In this document: positions 30,707-40,117 of the stretch, one piece after another
How the letters are laid out: every line of letters begins with the position of its first letter
Position numbering within the stretch: the first letter of the stretch is position 1
NCBI GenBank assembly: GCA_963832675.1
Contig: CAWHUY010000023.1
Location: 99,289-163,288 of the forward strand
DNA from: an uncultured Spirochaetota bacterium
Lineage (GTDB): Bacteria; Spirochaetota; Spirochaetia; DSM-27196; DATKUC01
DNA length: 64,000 nucleotides
Reading direction: 5' to 3'
The notes under the pieces: generated by a model
The model's input: only the letters and a program-made list of their open reading frames with translations
Told to the model about the DNA's origin: nothing
Databases searched by the model: none
Translations under genes and position numbers: made by a program

Positions 30707-31413
30707 ACAGGCACCCTCTCGTCTGAAACTGCCTCATCAGCCTGGATCAGTCCGTCCCGAATGGTGACCACCCGGTGGGCGTGTCGCTGAACGAGGGTAT
30801 CGTGAGTCGAGAAAATGAAGGTTGTCTCGCGCGTCTCGTTCATCCGTTCCATGAGCTCGACAATTTCTTCGGCGGTATGTGAATCCAGGTTCGCCGTAGG
30901 CTCATCGGCGAGAACCACAATCGGCTGTTTCACGAGCGCCCGCGCTATGGCTACACGCTGTTCCTGTCCACCTGAAAGCTCGCGCGGGAACCGGTCGGCC
31001 ATACCGCCGAGCCCCACCGATGAGATGATATCCATCGCCCGCTCACGCATTTCCTTCTTTGTGTAACGCCGCTCGATTACCATCGGCAGCTCGACGTTCT
31101 CAACGACGGTCAAGACAGGAATTAAATTGTACGATTGAAAAATAAAGGAGATATTCTCTTTGCGATAGGCGGCAAGTTCCTTTTCGGTCATCCCGCCAAG
31201 CTCTCGACCGTCGTAACGAACGCTTCCGCTTGTCGGCCGGTCGAGACAGCCGATGATGTTGAGCAGTGTTGTCTTGCCGCTTCCCGAGGGACCCACGATT
31301 GCGAGAAGCGCTCCCTTGTCGATAGTCAAGTCGATCCCACGAAGCGCATCCACGCTCCGTTCTGCCTTCTGGTAGACCTTCTTGACACCATCGAGTATCA
31401 GAATTGGTTCCAT
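30703..31413 (-). CDS. ABC transporter ATP-binding protein (LolD/MacB-type)
   Basis: [14 protein letters not shown]...GPSGSGKTT...[15 protein letters not shown]. The ATG is the complement of 31411-31413. RBS AAGGAGA overlaps the SPFH stop, indicating translational coupling. Confidence 0.9.
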   Translation of the reverse strand: MEPILILDGVKKVYQKAERSVDALRGIDLTIDKGALLAIVGPSGSGKTTLLNIIGCLDRPTSGSVRYDGRELGGMTEKELAAYRKENISFIFQSYNLIPVLTVVENVELPMVIERRYTKKEMRERAMDIISSVGLGGMADRFPRELSGGQEQRVAIARALVKQPIVVLADEPTANLDSHTAEEIVELMERMNETRETTFIFSTHDTLVQRHAHRVVTIRDGLIQADEAVSDERVPV

Positions 31414-31423
31414 CTGTTTCTCC

Positions 31424-32578
31424 TTACTCGCCGTCTTTCGCGGCGGCGTCGCCCACTGACCCGATGTCGGTCGCGCTTTCGGGGTTCGAAGCCGAATTGT
31501 CAGAGGCATGCAAGTTACGCACGAATGCGCTTGCGCCCAGCGCCGTGCCGAGGTTCATGGAATCCAGCGCGGAGCTGGGCATAAGGACGATATTCTTGTT
31601 TGTTCTAATGCTGTCGTAGACCATATTCATGGCGCGAAGCTGAAAAGCCGTCGGATTCTTCTCGTACGTTGCGGCGGCTTCCTCGAACTTCCGGGCGATT
31701 TCCACTTCGGCCGACCCGAGAATGATTCGCGACTTGCGCTCCCTTTCAGCCTGGGCCTGTTTACTCAATGCGTCTTCGAGCTCCTTGGGAACAAGCACCT
31801 CTTTGAACTCAATCGAGAGAATGGTGATTCCCCACGGGTTTGTCTTGGCATCGAGGGTTGTCTGGATCTCCGACCCAAGCCGCTCCCGCTCGCTCAGAAG
31901 AGTTGCAAGATCGTTTCGACCGATTGAATCACGAAGCGCGGTCTGCGCCGAAAGGGTAACTGCATCGACGTAGTTTTCTACCTCAAGGATCGCCTTTTCA
32001 GCGTCCCAGACCAACCAGAAAGTGAGCGCATCGACGTGGACGGGAACCGTGTCCCGGGTGATCGATTGTTCGGCGGAAAAATCGGTGACGCGAATTCGCA
32101 TGTCCACGAATCTGACGATGGTGTCGGCGAACGGGAGAATGAAGCTCGGGCCGGGGCCGAAAACCCGGGTGAAACGCCCGAACCGCAGGATAACCGCCTT
32201 CTGCCAGTGGTTGGCGATCTGAAGAGTCGGAGCAAACAGAATGCCGGCGGCAACAACCGCGGCGGCCGGCATCATGGCGACGACATGACCACTTCCCGTG
32301 AAAGCGAAGACAAAGGCCCACGCGGAAACAATTGTCAGAAGGACGACGGGCCAGAACGGAAGGACGAGCAGGACAACTGCCGCCCCGGCAGCCGCCGCGG
32401 CCAGCACCGCCATTTCGATCGGCGGCAAATCGGCGCCCGAAACGTAGCGGACTCCGATCGCCACAATCAACGACAGAAGAAGCAGGCTGCCGGACAGTGT
32501 CGTGAAACGAAAATGACCGCGAAGGGTCATCGTCGAGACCTTTTTCGTCGCCGACTCCCACACACCATTCTGTGTCAT
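31424..32578 (-). CDS. SPFH/Band 7 (stomatin/prohibitin-like) membrane protein with a long polytopic N-terminal extension
   Basis: About 130 aa of N-terminal hydrophobic helices, then the SPFH domain (...AVILRFGRFTRVFGPG...) and a coiled-coil C terminus. Confidence 0.8.
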   Translation of the reverse strand: MTQNGVWESATKKVSTMTLRGHFRFTTLSGSLLLLSLIVAIGVRYVSGADLPPIEMAVLAAAAAGAAVVLLVLPFWPVVLLTIVSAWAFVFAFTGSGHVVAMMPAAAVVAAGILFAPTLQIANHWQKAVILRFGRFTRVFGPGPSFILPFADTIVRFVDMRIRVTDFSAEQSITRDTVPVHVDALTFWLVWDAEKAILEVENYVDAVTLSAQTALRDSIGRNDLATLLSERERLGSEIQTTLDAKTNPWGITILSIEFKEVLVPKELEDALSKQAQAERERKSRIILGSAEVEIARKFEEAAATYEKNPTAFQLRAMNMVYDSIRTNKNIVLMPSSALDSMNLGTALGASAFVRNLHASDNSASNPESATDIGSVGDAAAKDGE

Positions 32579-32976
32579 TCTTCTCCCTCCTCGTGGTAAT
32601 CCGTCAGGTACCGGGCTATTTCATCCACCGTGAAGCCGTAGGAACCGGCCTGACTGACGAACCCGCGAACAAGCTGGGCGAGAATCTGTTCCCGCTTGAC
32701 GTCGGTCAGGCTCGCCTCCTTGTCACTTACGAAGGTGCCGGTGCCCTGCTGCATACTCAGCATCCCGCGGATCTCCAGCTCGTTGTAGGCCCGCGCTACC
32801 GTGTTCGGATTTACCCGAAGCTCAACGGCAAGTCCGCGGACAGTCGGGAGCTGATAACCGGCCTTGAGCCTGCCGTCGGCGAGAGCCATCTCAATCTGGA
32901 GGATGATCTGCCGATAGAATGGCACCCCGCTTGCCGGATCGAGCGCAACCCGCAGCGGATTCGTCTTTTCGCCCAT
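32575..32976 (-). CDS. GntR family transcriptional regulator, YtrA subfamily (short, no effector domain)
   Basis: 133 aa. The wHTH ...YQLPTVRGLAVELRVNPNTVARAYNELE... matches GntR. Overlaps the SPFH start by 4 nt. Confidence 0.85.
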   Translation of the reverse strand: MGEKTNPLRVALDPASGVPFYRQIILQIEMALADGRLKAGYQLPTVRGLAVELRVNPNTVARAYNELEIRGMLSMQQGTGTFVSDKEASLTDVKREQILAQLVRGFVSQAGSYGFTVDEIARYLTDYHEEGEE

Positions 32977-33001
32977 AATTGCTCCACATCAAGCGAAAGA
33001 A

Positions 33002-33039
33002 TTGTATTAGTACTCTAATACAATGTAACTCTAATACAA
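33002..33039. promoter_or_regulatory. Inverted repeat TTGTATTAG-tact-CTAATACAA plus a third CTAATACAA half-site, candidate YtrA/GntR operator
   Basis: 9-bp arms at 33002-33010 and 33015-33023 and an extra copy at 33031-39, 25-60 bp upstream of the GntR start. Fits the GntR GT-N-TA...TA-N-AC pattern. Confidence 0.5.
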
Positions 33040-33104
33040 TCCTGGCTTTTCGTCAACACTTTTCGAAGGGTGCCGCAGGGCACCGGAACTGCCCCCTACA
33101 CCTC

Positions 33105-33443
33105 CTATTCTGAAGTTCCGTCGGGCGCTTCACCTCTCCGGAGCGTCTGAATGAGCATCTCCATCTCCGAGAGGTATTCGGCAAGCGCCTGGCTGCCCCG
33201 TACGGTGAGATGGATCGCCGTATTGGACTTGTTCTCTACAAAGCTCTTGGCGATTTTCACGTAGCCCGCCTCCTCCAGATTGCGCAGCTGGATCGACAGG
33301 TTACCGGAGGTGAGGTCGAGATCCTCCTTCACCTTCGTGAAGCTCACCGCGGCCGCAGAGCTCGACGACAGATAGGCCAGGATCGAGAGTCGAACCCGCT
33401 CGTGGATAATCTTGTCGAATTGCGGCTTGAACGCTCCGCCCAC
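33105..33443 (-). CDS. Small winged-helix transcriptional regulator (ArsR/MarR-like)
   Basis: 112 aa with RLSILAYL...LSIQLRNLEEAGYVKI...HLTVRGSQAL, an HTH plus wing pattern. Confidence 0.55.
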   Translation of the reverse strand: MGGAFKPQFDKIIHERVRLSILAYLSSSSAAAVSFTKVKEDLDLTSGNLSIQLRNLEEAGYVKIAKSFVENKSNTAIHLTVRGSQALAEYLSEMEMLIQTLRRGEAPDGTSE

Positions 33444-33446
33444 GTT

Positions 33447-34157
33447 CTACTCCTGACCGGCGCCGGTCGGGCGGCGCCGGTTTCCCGCCGTCCTGTTTCC
33501 GTCGGCCCGTTCGCGGATGCCGACTGCGACAACGAACGCGTAACAGCCGACGCCATAGAGCGCCACCCAGAAGCCGCCGGGGATACCCGGCAGAAGAAGA
33601 CTCAGGATGCTGGCAGCGATCATCCAGTACCCGAAGACGTAGTACTCGAGCAGGTTTACCGTGACCGCGAAGAGATTCATGTAGAGGCCGGTATACATTC
33701 CGACAACGCCGATGATGAACCGGCCTGGTCCGTAGAGGCAAAAATAGAAAATGAGACCGAACGTAAGCGCGGCGAGGGGAGCGTGCACGTGGATGCCGCG
33801 GTAGAAGTAGTATTTCCAGACAAGCGACCACATTCCGAGCTTTCGGTCGATCCTCTTCGCAGAGCGGCTCATCGTTGCCCATTTCAGAAAGGTGGCGGAT
33901 ATGGCTATGACGGCAAGGAACGCGAAAAGCAGAATCTTCACCATCTCGGGTATTCCACCGAAGGATGCGTAGTGAATGATGAAGAGCTGAAAGAGCAGGG
34001 CCACGGCGATGGTTCCTGCGCCATAGTAGCCCATGAGCAACCTCATGGGCGTCGTCGCGGCCCACTGCTGGAATACCGGCTGGTTTCTCTTGACCGCAGC
34101 CTTGATGTACTCGAGATCTTTCACGAGTCGGTTGATATTATCTCTACTTTCCATCAT
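33447..34157 (-). CDS. Hypothetical polytopic membrane protein, co-operonic with the wHTH regulator
   Basis: Start chosen at MMESRDN with RBS GGGAGAAGG. 5-6 predicted TM helices. No recognisable family. Confidence 0.5.
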   Translation of the reverse strand: MMESRDNINRLVKDLEYIKAAVKRNQPVFQQWAATTPMRLLMGYYGAGTIAVALLFQLFIIHYASFGGIPEMVKILLFAFLAVIAISATFLKWATMSRSAKRIDRKLGMWSLVWKYYFYRGIHVHAPLAALTFGLIFYFCLYGPGRFIIGVVGMYTGLYMNLFAVTVNLLEYYVFGYWMIAASILSLLLPGIPGGFWVALYGVGCYAFVVAVGIRERADGNRTAGNRRRPTGAGQE

Positions 34158-34192
34158 CGATTCCTTCTCCCAAAGGCCTTTTTCCTTTTCAT

Positions 34193-34219
34193 AAACAAGT
34201 TTATATTGTAAACTTGTTT
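34193..34219. promoter_or_regulatory. Perfect 27-bp palindrome AAACAAGTTTA-tattg-TAAACTTGTTT in the divergent promoter region
   Basis: 11-bp perfect arms with a 5-bp spacer. About 35 bp upstream of the membrane-protein start and about 155 bp upstream of the first TRAP binding-protein gene. Confidence 0.55.
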
Positions 34220-34374
34220 GCAGTATGGAACGGATTTCCGAAATGTGCAAGTGGTGCGTTCTCCATGTTTTCGACGGGGTTTTTGCGGCCGAGGTGCGTC
34301 AGCGCCTGTTGAAAGAATTCGTCGTTGGGAATATGAATGAGTGTTCGTTCATTAGTTTATGGAAAGGCAAGACT

Positions 34375-35418
34375 ATGAGGCTACCAGCGAAATGGTTCAA
34401 AGAAAGATTGCGCGTCAGCCGGACTGCGAGACTGACGCTTTTGACACTTCTTGTCTTCGCGGGCGTCATCGCTGCCGCACCCGCTCTCGAAGTAAAGATC
34501 GCGAGCGTTGCCCCGGAGAACTCGCCCTACGGTTCGGCGCTCAATCAGCTTGCAGCCGACTGGCAGCGGATATCCCGGGGAAGTGTGCGAGTCGTCATCT
34601 ATCACAACGGCATCGCCGGCGACCAGGCGGATATTATCAGGAAGATACGCATCGGGCAGCTGCAAGGCGGAATTTTCGCAAATACCGGCCTGGCACCGCT
34701 CGCAAAAGAAGCGATGTCGGTCACGGTTCCCTTCCTTATCCGCAACGACGAGGAGTTCCAGGTTGCAATGGAGCTTCTTCGTCCAATCCTCGATCAGCAC
34801 CTCGAGAGTCAGGGCTTCAAACCGATAGCGTGGGCTGCCGCGGGGTGGCTCTACCTGTTTACCAAAGATCCTGTCCGTAGTCCGGATGAGGTCAAATCGC
34901 TCAAGCTTGCAGTTCCTCCCGACGAGGGCGACCTTCTCGAAACGTTCCGCAGCCTGGGATTCCGGGCGGTACCGGTGGACATCCCCGAAACGCTCACCGC
35001 ACTGAACAGCGGTATGGTGAATGCAATCCTCTCAAGCCCGCTTCTGGCCGCCGGCTACCAGTGGTTCGGCATAGCTCGAAACATGCTCGACCTGCGGATC
35101 GCGCCGGCAATGGGCTGTATCCTGCTTTCCGATCGTACCTGGCGCCAGATTCCGCAGAATTTCCGGGCGCCCTTTCTCGAATCGGCCCGGAACGCGGAGG
35201 TGACGCTCCGGACAGGATTGAAAGCTCTCGATACGCAGGCGATCGACGCGATGGCGAAATACGGATTGCGGGTGATCGCGACTACACCGTCGGAAACTCT
35301 GGCCTGGCAGCACGAGTTCGAGAGGAATCGCGATTCGATAATCGACTCGGCTTTCGATCCGAAGACAGTCGAGCTGATTGAGCAAAAACTGGCCGAACTT
35401 CGTGCAGATTCCCGGTAG
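34375..35418 (+). CDS. TRAP transporter solute receptor, DctP family (orphan, copy 1)
   Basis: Signal peptide, then LEVKIASVAPENSPYG...VVIYHNGIAGDQADIIRKIRIGQLQGG... of DctP type. 347 aa. Confidence 0.7.
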   Translation: MRLPAKWFKERLRVSRTARLTLLTLLVFAGVIAAAPALEVKIASVAPENSPYGSALNQLAADWQRISRGSVRVVIYHNGIAGDQADIIRKIRIGQLQGGIFANTGLAPLAKEAMSVTVPFLIRNDEEFQVAMELLRPILDQHLESQGFKPIAWAAAGWLYLFTKDPVRSPDEVKSLKLAVPPDEGDLLETFRSLGFRAVPVDIPETLTALNSGMVNAILSSPLLAAGYQWFGIARNMLDLRIAPAMGCILLSDRTWRQIPQNFRAPFLESARNAEVTLRTGLKALDTQAIDAMAKYGLRVIATTPSETLAWQHEFERNRDSIIDSAFDPKTVELIEQKLAELRADSR

Positions 35419-35487
35419 TTGTTCCGTGCGGCGGAGCTCGCCGGTCACCCTTGCATAGTGTTGCGGATAGGTCTTAGACTGGAGCCG

Positions 35488-36504
35488 ATGTTTCTCAGGA
35501 ATCGAACAACCCTCCGCATGCTCGTTTTTTTGTGTGCGCTATTCCTGCTGCCGTCGCTGACCCTTACCGGGCTGGAGCTCAAAATCGCGAGCGTCGCGCC
35601 GGAACGATCCCCCTACGGAAAGGCGCTCATACAACTGGCCTCCGATTGGCAGCGCATCTCCCACGGCGCGGTCCGCGTGCAAATCTACCACAATGGAATC
35701 GTAGGTGATCAATCGGATATCCTCCGTAAGATTCGCATCGGACAGATCCAGGGCGGGATCTTCACAAACACCGGGGTCGCAGATGTAGTTCGTGAGGCCA
35801 TCTCGATAAGCGTCCCCTTTCTCATTCGAACCGATGGAGAATTTCAGTTCGTCATGAAGGAGCTTCGGCCGCTACTCGATCGCCGATTCGATGCGGCCGG
35901 GTTCAAACTGGTAGCGTGGACGCAGGCGGGGTGGATCTACTTTTTCTCCCGCACGCCGGCGCGATCTCCGGCGGAGATGAAAGTGCTCCGGCTCGGAGTT
36001 CCGGCCGGCGAAGCTGAGCTGACCAATACGTTCAAGGCCCTTGGATTCCGGTCTCTGCCGCTCGACACGACCGAGGTGATCAGTGCGCTGAACAGCGGAC
36101 TCGCGGACGCAGTTCTCGCGAGCCCGCTCATCGCGGCAGGCTATCAGTGGTTCGGCGTCGCCCGGAATATGCTCGACCTCCAGATAGCCCCCGCGGCAGG
36201 CTGTGTCCTGATCAGTGACCGTGCCTGGTCGCGAATTCCGCAGGAGTACCACGAACCGTTTCTCGAGGCCGCTCGAGCGGCGGAGACAACCCTGCAGGCC
36301 GCGCTGAAGGATCTCGACGCAAAGGCAATCGCCGCCATGAGCACGTACGGCCTGAACACAATCTCGCCGTCAACCGTCGACAAAGCCGAATGGCAGGCCG
36401 AGTTTGCTCGGAACCGGGAGGAAATCATCGATTCCGCCTTTGATCGAAGCTCGGTGTCGGTGATCGAGAAGGCGCTGGAAAAGATGCGCGCAGGCGGGCA
36501 GTAG
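35488..36504 (+). CDS. TRAP transporter solute receptor, DctP family (orphan, copy 2, tandem paralog)
   Basis: About 60% identical to copy 1 over its full length. GGAG RBS. 338 aa. Confidence 0.7.
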   Translation: MFLRNRTTLRMLVFLCALFLLPSLTLTGLELKIASVAPERSPYGKALIQLASDWQRISHGAVRVQIYHNGIVGDQSDILRKIRIGQIQGGIFTNTGVADVVREAISISVPFLIRTDGEFQFVMKELRPLLDRRFDAAGFKLVAWTQAGWIYFFSRTPARSPAEMKVLRLGVPAGEAELTNTFKALGFRSLPLDTTEVISALNSGLADAVLASPLIAAGYQWFGVARNMLDLQIAPAAGCVLISDRAWSRIPQEYHEPFLEAARAAETTLQAALKDLDAKAIAAMSTYGLNTISPSTVDKAEWQAEFARNREEIIDSAFDRSSVSVIEKALEKMRAGGQ

Positions 36505-36507
36505 CTC

Positions 36508-37866
36508 CTATCTGACGAGAAGCACCTGAATGTCGCACACGTTTGTGGAAGTTGGTCCGGTCTTGAGAAGCCGCCCGATGGGATCAAAAAACCTGTAGGA
36601 ATCGTTTCTGTTCAGAAAGTCCTCGGGGGTTAAACCCGCGGCCGCCGCTTCGCTCTGTATTTCGCGGCTCGCGAAGGCGCCGGCCGCATCGGTCGGTCCG
36701 TCTGTGCCGTCGGTGCCTGCGCTCAGAAAGTAAACCCCGTCGGTGTCCGCCGGTTGCTTTTCCATTTCGCAGAGAAACGAGAGTGCCATCTCCTGGTTTC
36801 TGCCGCCCTTTCCAGTACCTCGAATCGATACGGTGGTCTCCCCACCCGCTACGATGCAAGCCGGAGGCTCGGCAAGAAGCGACCGTTTTCGAATGTCCTT
36901 GCCGATTCCCAGATAGAACTTCGCGACTTCCCGCGCCTCACCTGAGATTTGCGATGAGAGAATCCTGGTGTGGTAGCCAAGCTCGGCTGCCTTTGTGCTC
37001 GCGGCCAGGAGCGCCTGCGCATTCGTACCAATGAGCACGTTGGACACGTTTCGGAACAGGGGGTCTCCGGGTTTGGGGGTCTCCGGCAGCTTGCCCATCG
37101 CGCCCTCTTTCAGGAGACGAAACGCCGTTTTGGGGAGTCGCCTCTCCATGTTGTACCGACCGACAATGGCGAGCGCATCTGCGTAGGTGGTGCTGTCAGG
37201 CGCTACGAGCCCCGAAGCGATAGCGTCGAGATTGTCACCCACAACGTCTGAAAGAATCAGGTTGACAGAGACTGCCGGGTATATCGCGGCGGCAAGTCGC
37301 CCACCCTTCACCCCGGAGAGGTGTTTGCGGACGCAGTTCACCTCGTGGATAGTCGCGCCGGAGGCGAGCAGGAGCCTGGTGACCTCCTGCTTTTCGGCGA
37401 GGCCGAGACGGTGGCCCGCTTCATCGAAGGGATAACAGAGAAGCGCCGACCCACCGCCGGAGATGAGGGTGATCACCAGCGTGCGCTCGTCGGCCGAGCG
37501 TGCGAGCGCGACGATTTTCCTCGCGGCCTCGACCGACCGATCGTCGGGCACCGGGTGACCGGCAATGACCGTCTCGATCCGCTCCAGTTTCTCCTCGTGA
37601 GGGTCTCGCACGGCGACCAACCCGCCGTCGATCCGGTCGCCCAGAACCTCTTCGACCCCGGCCGCCATTTTCGCGCCCGCCTTCCCGCCGCCAATCACGA
37701 GCAGCCGAGGGAAACGTTCCAGATCGATCGCAATTTCCTGAGTCTCGGTTACCACCGAAAGACGATTTCCGTGCAGCTTCAGTCGGTCGGTCATCATCGA
37801 GCGGGGGTCGACGCGCGCCACGCCGGCTTTGAATATGGCCGTAAGATCGTCAAAGGGCTCGTTCAT
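36508..37866 (-). CDS. Glycerate 2-kinase (MOFRL family, GckA/TtuD-like)
   Basis: Start chosen at MNEPFDDL (complement of 37864-37866). DUF4147 and MOFRL regions with GGETTV and GTDGTDGPTDAAGA motifs. Confidence 0.85.
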   Translation of the reverse strand: MNEPFDDLTAIFKAGVARVDPRSMMTDRLKLHGNRLSVVTETQEIAIDLERFPRLLVIGGGKAGAKMAAGVEEVLGDRIDGGLVAVRDPHEEKLERIETVIAGHPVPDDRSVEAARKIVALARSADERTLVITLISGGGSALLCYPFDEAGHRLGLAEKQEVTRLLLASGATIHEVNCVRKHLSGVKGGRLAAAIYPAVSVNLILSDVVGDNLDAIASGLVAPDSTTYADALAIVGRYNMERRLPKTAFRLLKEGAMGKLPETPKPGDPLFRNVSNVLIGTNAQALLAASTKAAELGYHTRILSSQISGEAREVAKFYLGIGKDIRKRSLLAEPPACIVAGGETTVSIRGTGKGGRNQEMALSFLCEMEKQPADTDGVYFLSAGTDGTDGPTDAAGAFASREIQSEAAAAGLTPEDFLNRNDSYRFFDPIGRLLKTGPTSTNVCDIQVLLVR

Positions 37867-38522
37867 CCCCGTTTCGATTCCCCCGCCCGCTTTTCGGCCT
37901 GTTCGAGATTCCGGACTATGGCGGGAAGTGACGAGTAGGTTCGTGCACGGGAAAAACAGGCCACCGCGTCGGACTGTCGCTCGGGATCTTCCATGAACAG
38001 GCTGCCGAGATTGTTCCACGCCTGAAAGTTCGTCGGATCCTGCTGGACCGCCAGCTCGAGCGTTTCCCTCGCCTTTGCGAGCTCACCGCTCTTCTGAAAT
38101 CGGACCGCAGCTTCGAAGCTGCGATGACTCTCCTGGACCGCGGCGAATGCCGTCTCGTCGGAACAGATCTTCACGCGTTCGCGGAGCAGCGCCTTCTCCA
38201 CCTCATCTTCGCTTTGCTTCAGTGCGGCGGAGTACCACTTCGATGTTTTCTCTCGACTGCCCCAGATGTAGTATAGATCGCCCAATGTCCGCGAGCGGAG
38301 ACAACTGTTGCCGAACAACTCGCAATCGCGAAGAAAGTACGCTTCGGCTTCCGCGTACTGCCTCCGTCCGAGCTTCACGAGCCCCATGTTGTGATCCACG
38401 CCGATGCGGTCCGGATTATCATTCTTGAGCTGGAGAAAATAGTTCTCCGCCCGTTCATAATCGCCGGTGACAAAGGCGTTGAGGGCAAATCGCTCCACCA
38501 TTTTTCGTCGTATCGACAGCAC
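37863..38522 (-). CDS. TPR repeat protein
   Basis: 219 aa with several TPR-like helical repeats (YAEAEAYFLR..., AWNNLGSLF...). Overlaps the glycerate kinase start by 4 nt. Confidence 0.65.
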   Translation of the reverse strand: MLSIRRKMVERFALNAFVTGDYERAENYFLQLKNDNPDRIGVDHNMGLVKLGRRQYAEAEAYFLRDCELFGNSCLRSRTLGDLYYIWGSREKTSKWYSAALKQSEDEVEKALLRERVKICSDETAFAAVQESHRSFEAAVRFQKSGELAKARETLELAVQQDPTNFQAWNNLGSLFMEDPERQSDAVACFSRARTYSSLPAIVRNLEQAEKRAGESKRG

Positions 38523-38629
38523 CTGTGTACTCCGTTCTCTTCAAGGGTGCCCACTCAGGCAGCCCAGATGGAGAGGTATCTCCCGGACCGCCTGAGAGGA
38601 CGAGCGAAAGCCCCGTTCCGAAAATACTA

Positions 38630-39964
38630 CTAATGGATAAAGATCGACAAAATGGCGACGAAGATAAAGGCCACCACGCCCTCGATCAGTGTTGCCGTCG
38701 TGTAGGCCTTGTAGGCTGTCGCAACCGGCATATTCGAGAACTTCGATACCACCCAGAAGTAGGAATCGTTCGCGTGCGAGACAACCATCGAGCCAGCGCC
38801 GATGGCGAGCACGGTCAACGCAGGATTCAGACCCATCGGTGCAAGAAGCGGCACCATGATTGACGCGGTCGTTATGATGGCGACGGTCGAGGAGCCCTGG
38901 GCCGTTTTCAGTGCGGCCGAGATGAAGAACGGCAGAAGAATTCCCAGCGGCAGCCCCGCCAGGTTCGCGTTGATGAAGGTCGCCATCGGGGACGCTTTCA
39001 GGATCGCCCCGAAGGAACCTCCGGCGCCGGTAATGACCAGGATAATCGCCGCGTTCTTGATCCCCTCTCCGGCCCACGAGTCTGCGGCAGTCCGAAGCTG
39101 ATCCTTGCGCACGAGCGTAAGCGCAATGAATACACCGATCATCAGTGCGGTGACCGGATCGCCGATGAAGGCAATAAACTTCGCGAGGCCGCCGCCACCG
39201 AACGGTTTGGTCGGGTAGGCTGCGATCGACGATAGGAGAATCAGCACGATTGGTATCAGAAGCGGCAAGAACGAGTGCAACGCGCCGGGAAGCTTTCCGT
39301 ACTGTTTCACCAGATCGTCGTAGTCTTCGGCCAGTTCCGCCTTGATGTCATACCGTTTCGCAAACTTTGTGGCCCAGATAAGGCCGGAAATCATCGCCGG
39401 AATTGCGACGATCAACCCCAGTCCGATGACGGATCCCAGATCGGCATGCAACTGCCCTGCTGCTGCGATCGGTCCCGGTGTCGGAGGTACCAGCGTGTGC
39501 GTGGCGTACAGGCCAGTGGCAAGCGCAACAGCCATGACCGCCATCGATCGGCCGGTCTCCTTGGCGAGCGCCTTGTTCAGTGGCGTGAGAATGACAAAAC
39601 CCGAGTCGCAGAATACCGGTATCGAGACAACGTACCCGGCAATGCTCATGGCAAGAGGCGAGTTTTTCTTGCCGACTACGCGCAGAATCGCCTGTGTCAT
39701 CGAAAGCGCGGCCCCGGTCTTTTCGAGGATGAAACCAATGATGGTTCCCGCCACAATGACGATACCGATGTACCCGAGCGTTCCCCCGAAACCGTCCCGG
39801 ATGTTCTTGACCACCGCGTCCACCGGCAATCCGATTGCCAACCCATAAAGAAATGAGATGGAAATCAGAACGATGAACGCATTGACGTTGAATCGCGCGG
39901 TGAAAAAGACTATCAGAATGACCGCGATGAGCAGGAACAATAGCGCAATGCCACCTGAAACCAT
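38630..39964 (-). CDS. GntP family permease (gluconate/glycerate:H+ symporter)
   Basis: Start chosen at MVSGGIALLFLL (complement of 39962-39964) with RBS GGAGG. Twelve or more TM helices and GntP-type conserved segments. Confidence 0.85.
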   Translation of the reverse strand: MVSGGIALLFLLIAVILIVFFTARFNVNAFIVLISISFLYGLAIGLPVDAVVKNIRDGFGGTLGYIGIVIVAGTIIGFILEKTGAALSMTQAILRVVGKKNSPLAMSIAGYVVSIPVFCDSGFVILTPLNKALAKETGRSMAVMAVALATGLYATHTLVPPTPGPIAAAGQLHADLGSVIGLGLIVAIPAMISGLIWATKFAKRYDIKAELAEDYDDLVKQYGKLPGALHSFLPLLIPIVLILLSSIAAYPTKPFGGGGLAKFIAFIGDPVTALMIGVFIALTLVRKDQLRTAADSWAGEGIKNAAIILVITGAGGSFGAILKASPMATFINANLAGLPLGILLPFFISAALKTAQGSSTVAIITTASIMVPLLAPMGLNPALTVLAIGAGSMVVSHANDSYFWVVSKFSNMPVATAYKAYTTATLIEGVVAFIFVAILSIFIH

Positions 39965-40117
39965 ACGTGCCTCCGATACTGCAATGAATGATGCAATTGT
40001 AAGGGCGGCTGCGAGCCGGCACAACGTGCACCAGGCACATATTCAGAGGCAAATATTGTGCGCGGCGAACCAAATGCGGCATACCGCCGGTTCTGGCCGA
40101 TTCGGATGACCGGAAGC

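Noticed and set aside
31998-32599. ORFs 31998-32561 (-) and 32036-32599 (+)
   Set aside because: Overlap the SPFH gene in other frames or antisense. The SPFH reading frame is strongly supported by its domain content.
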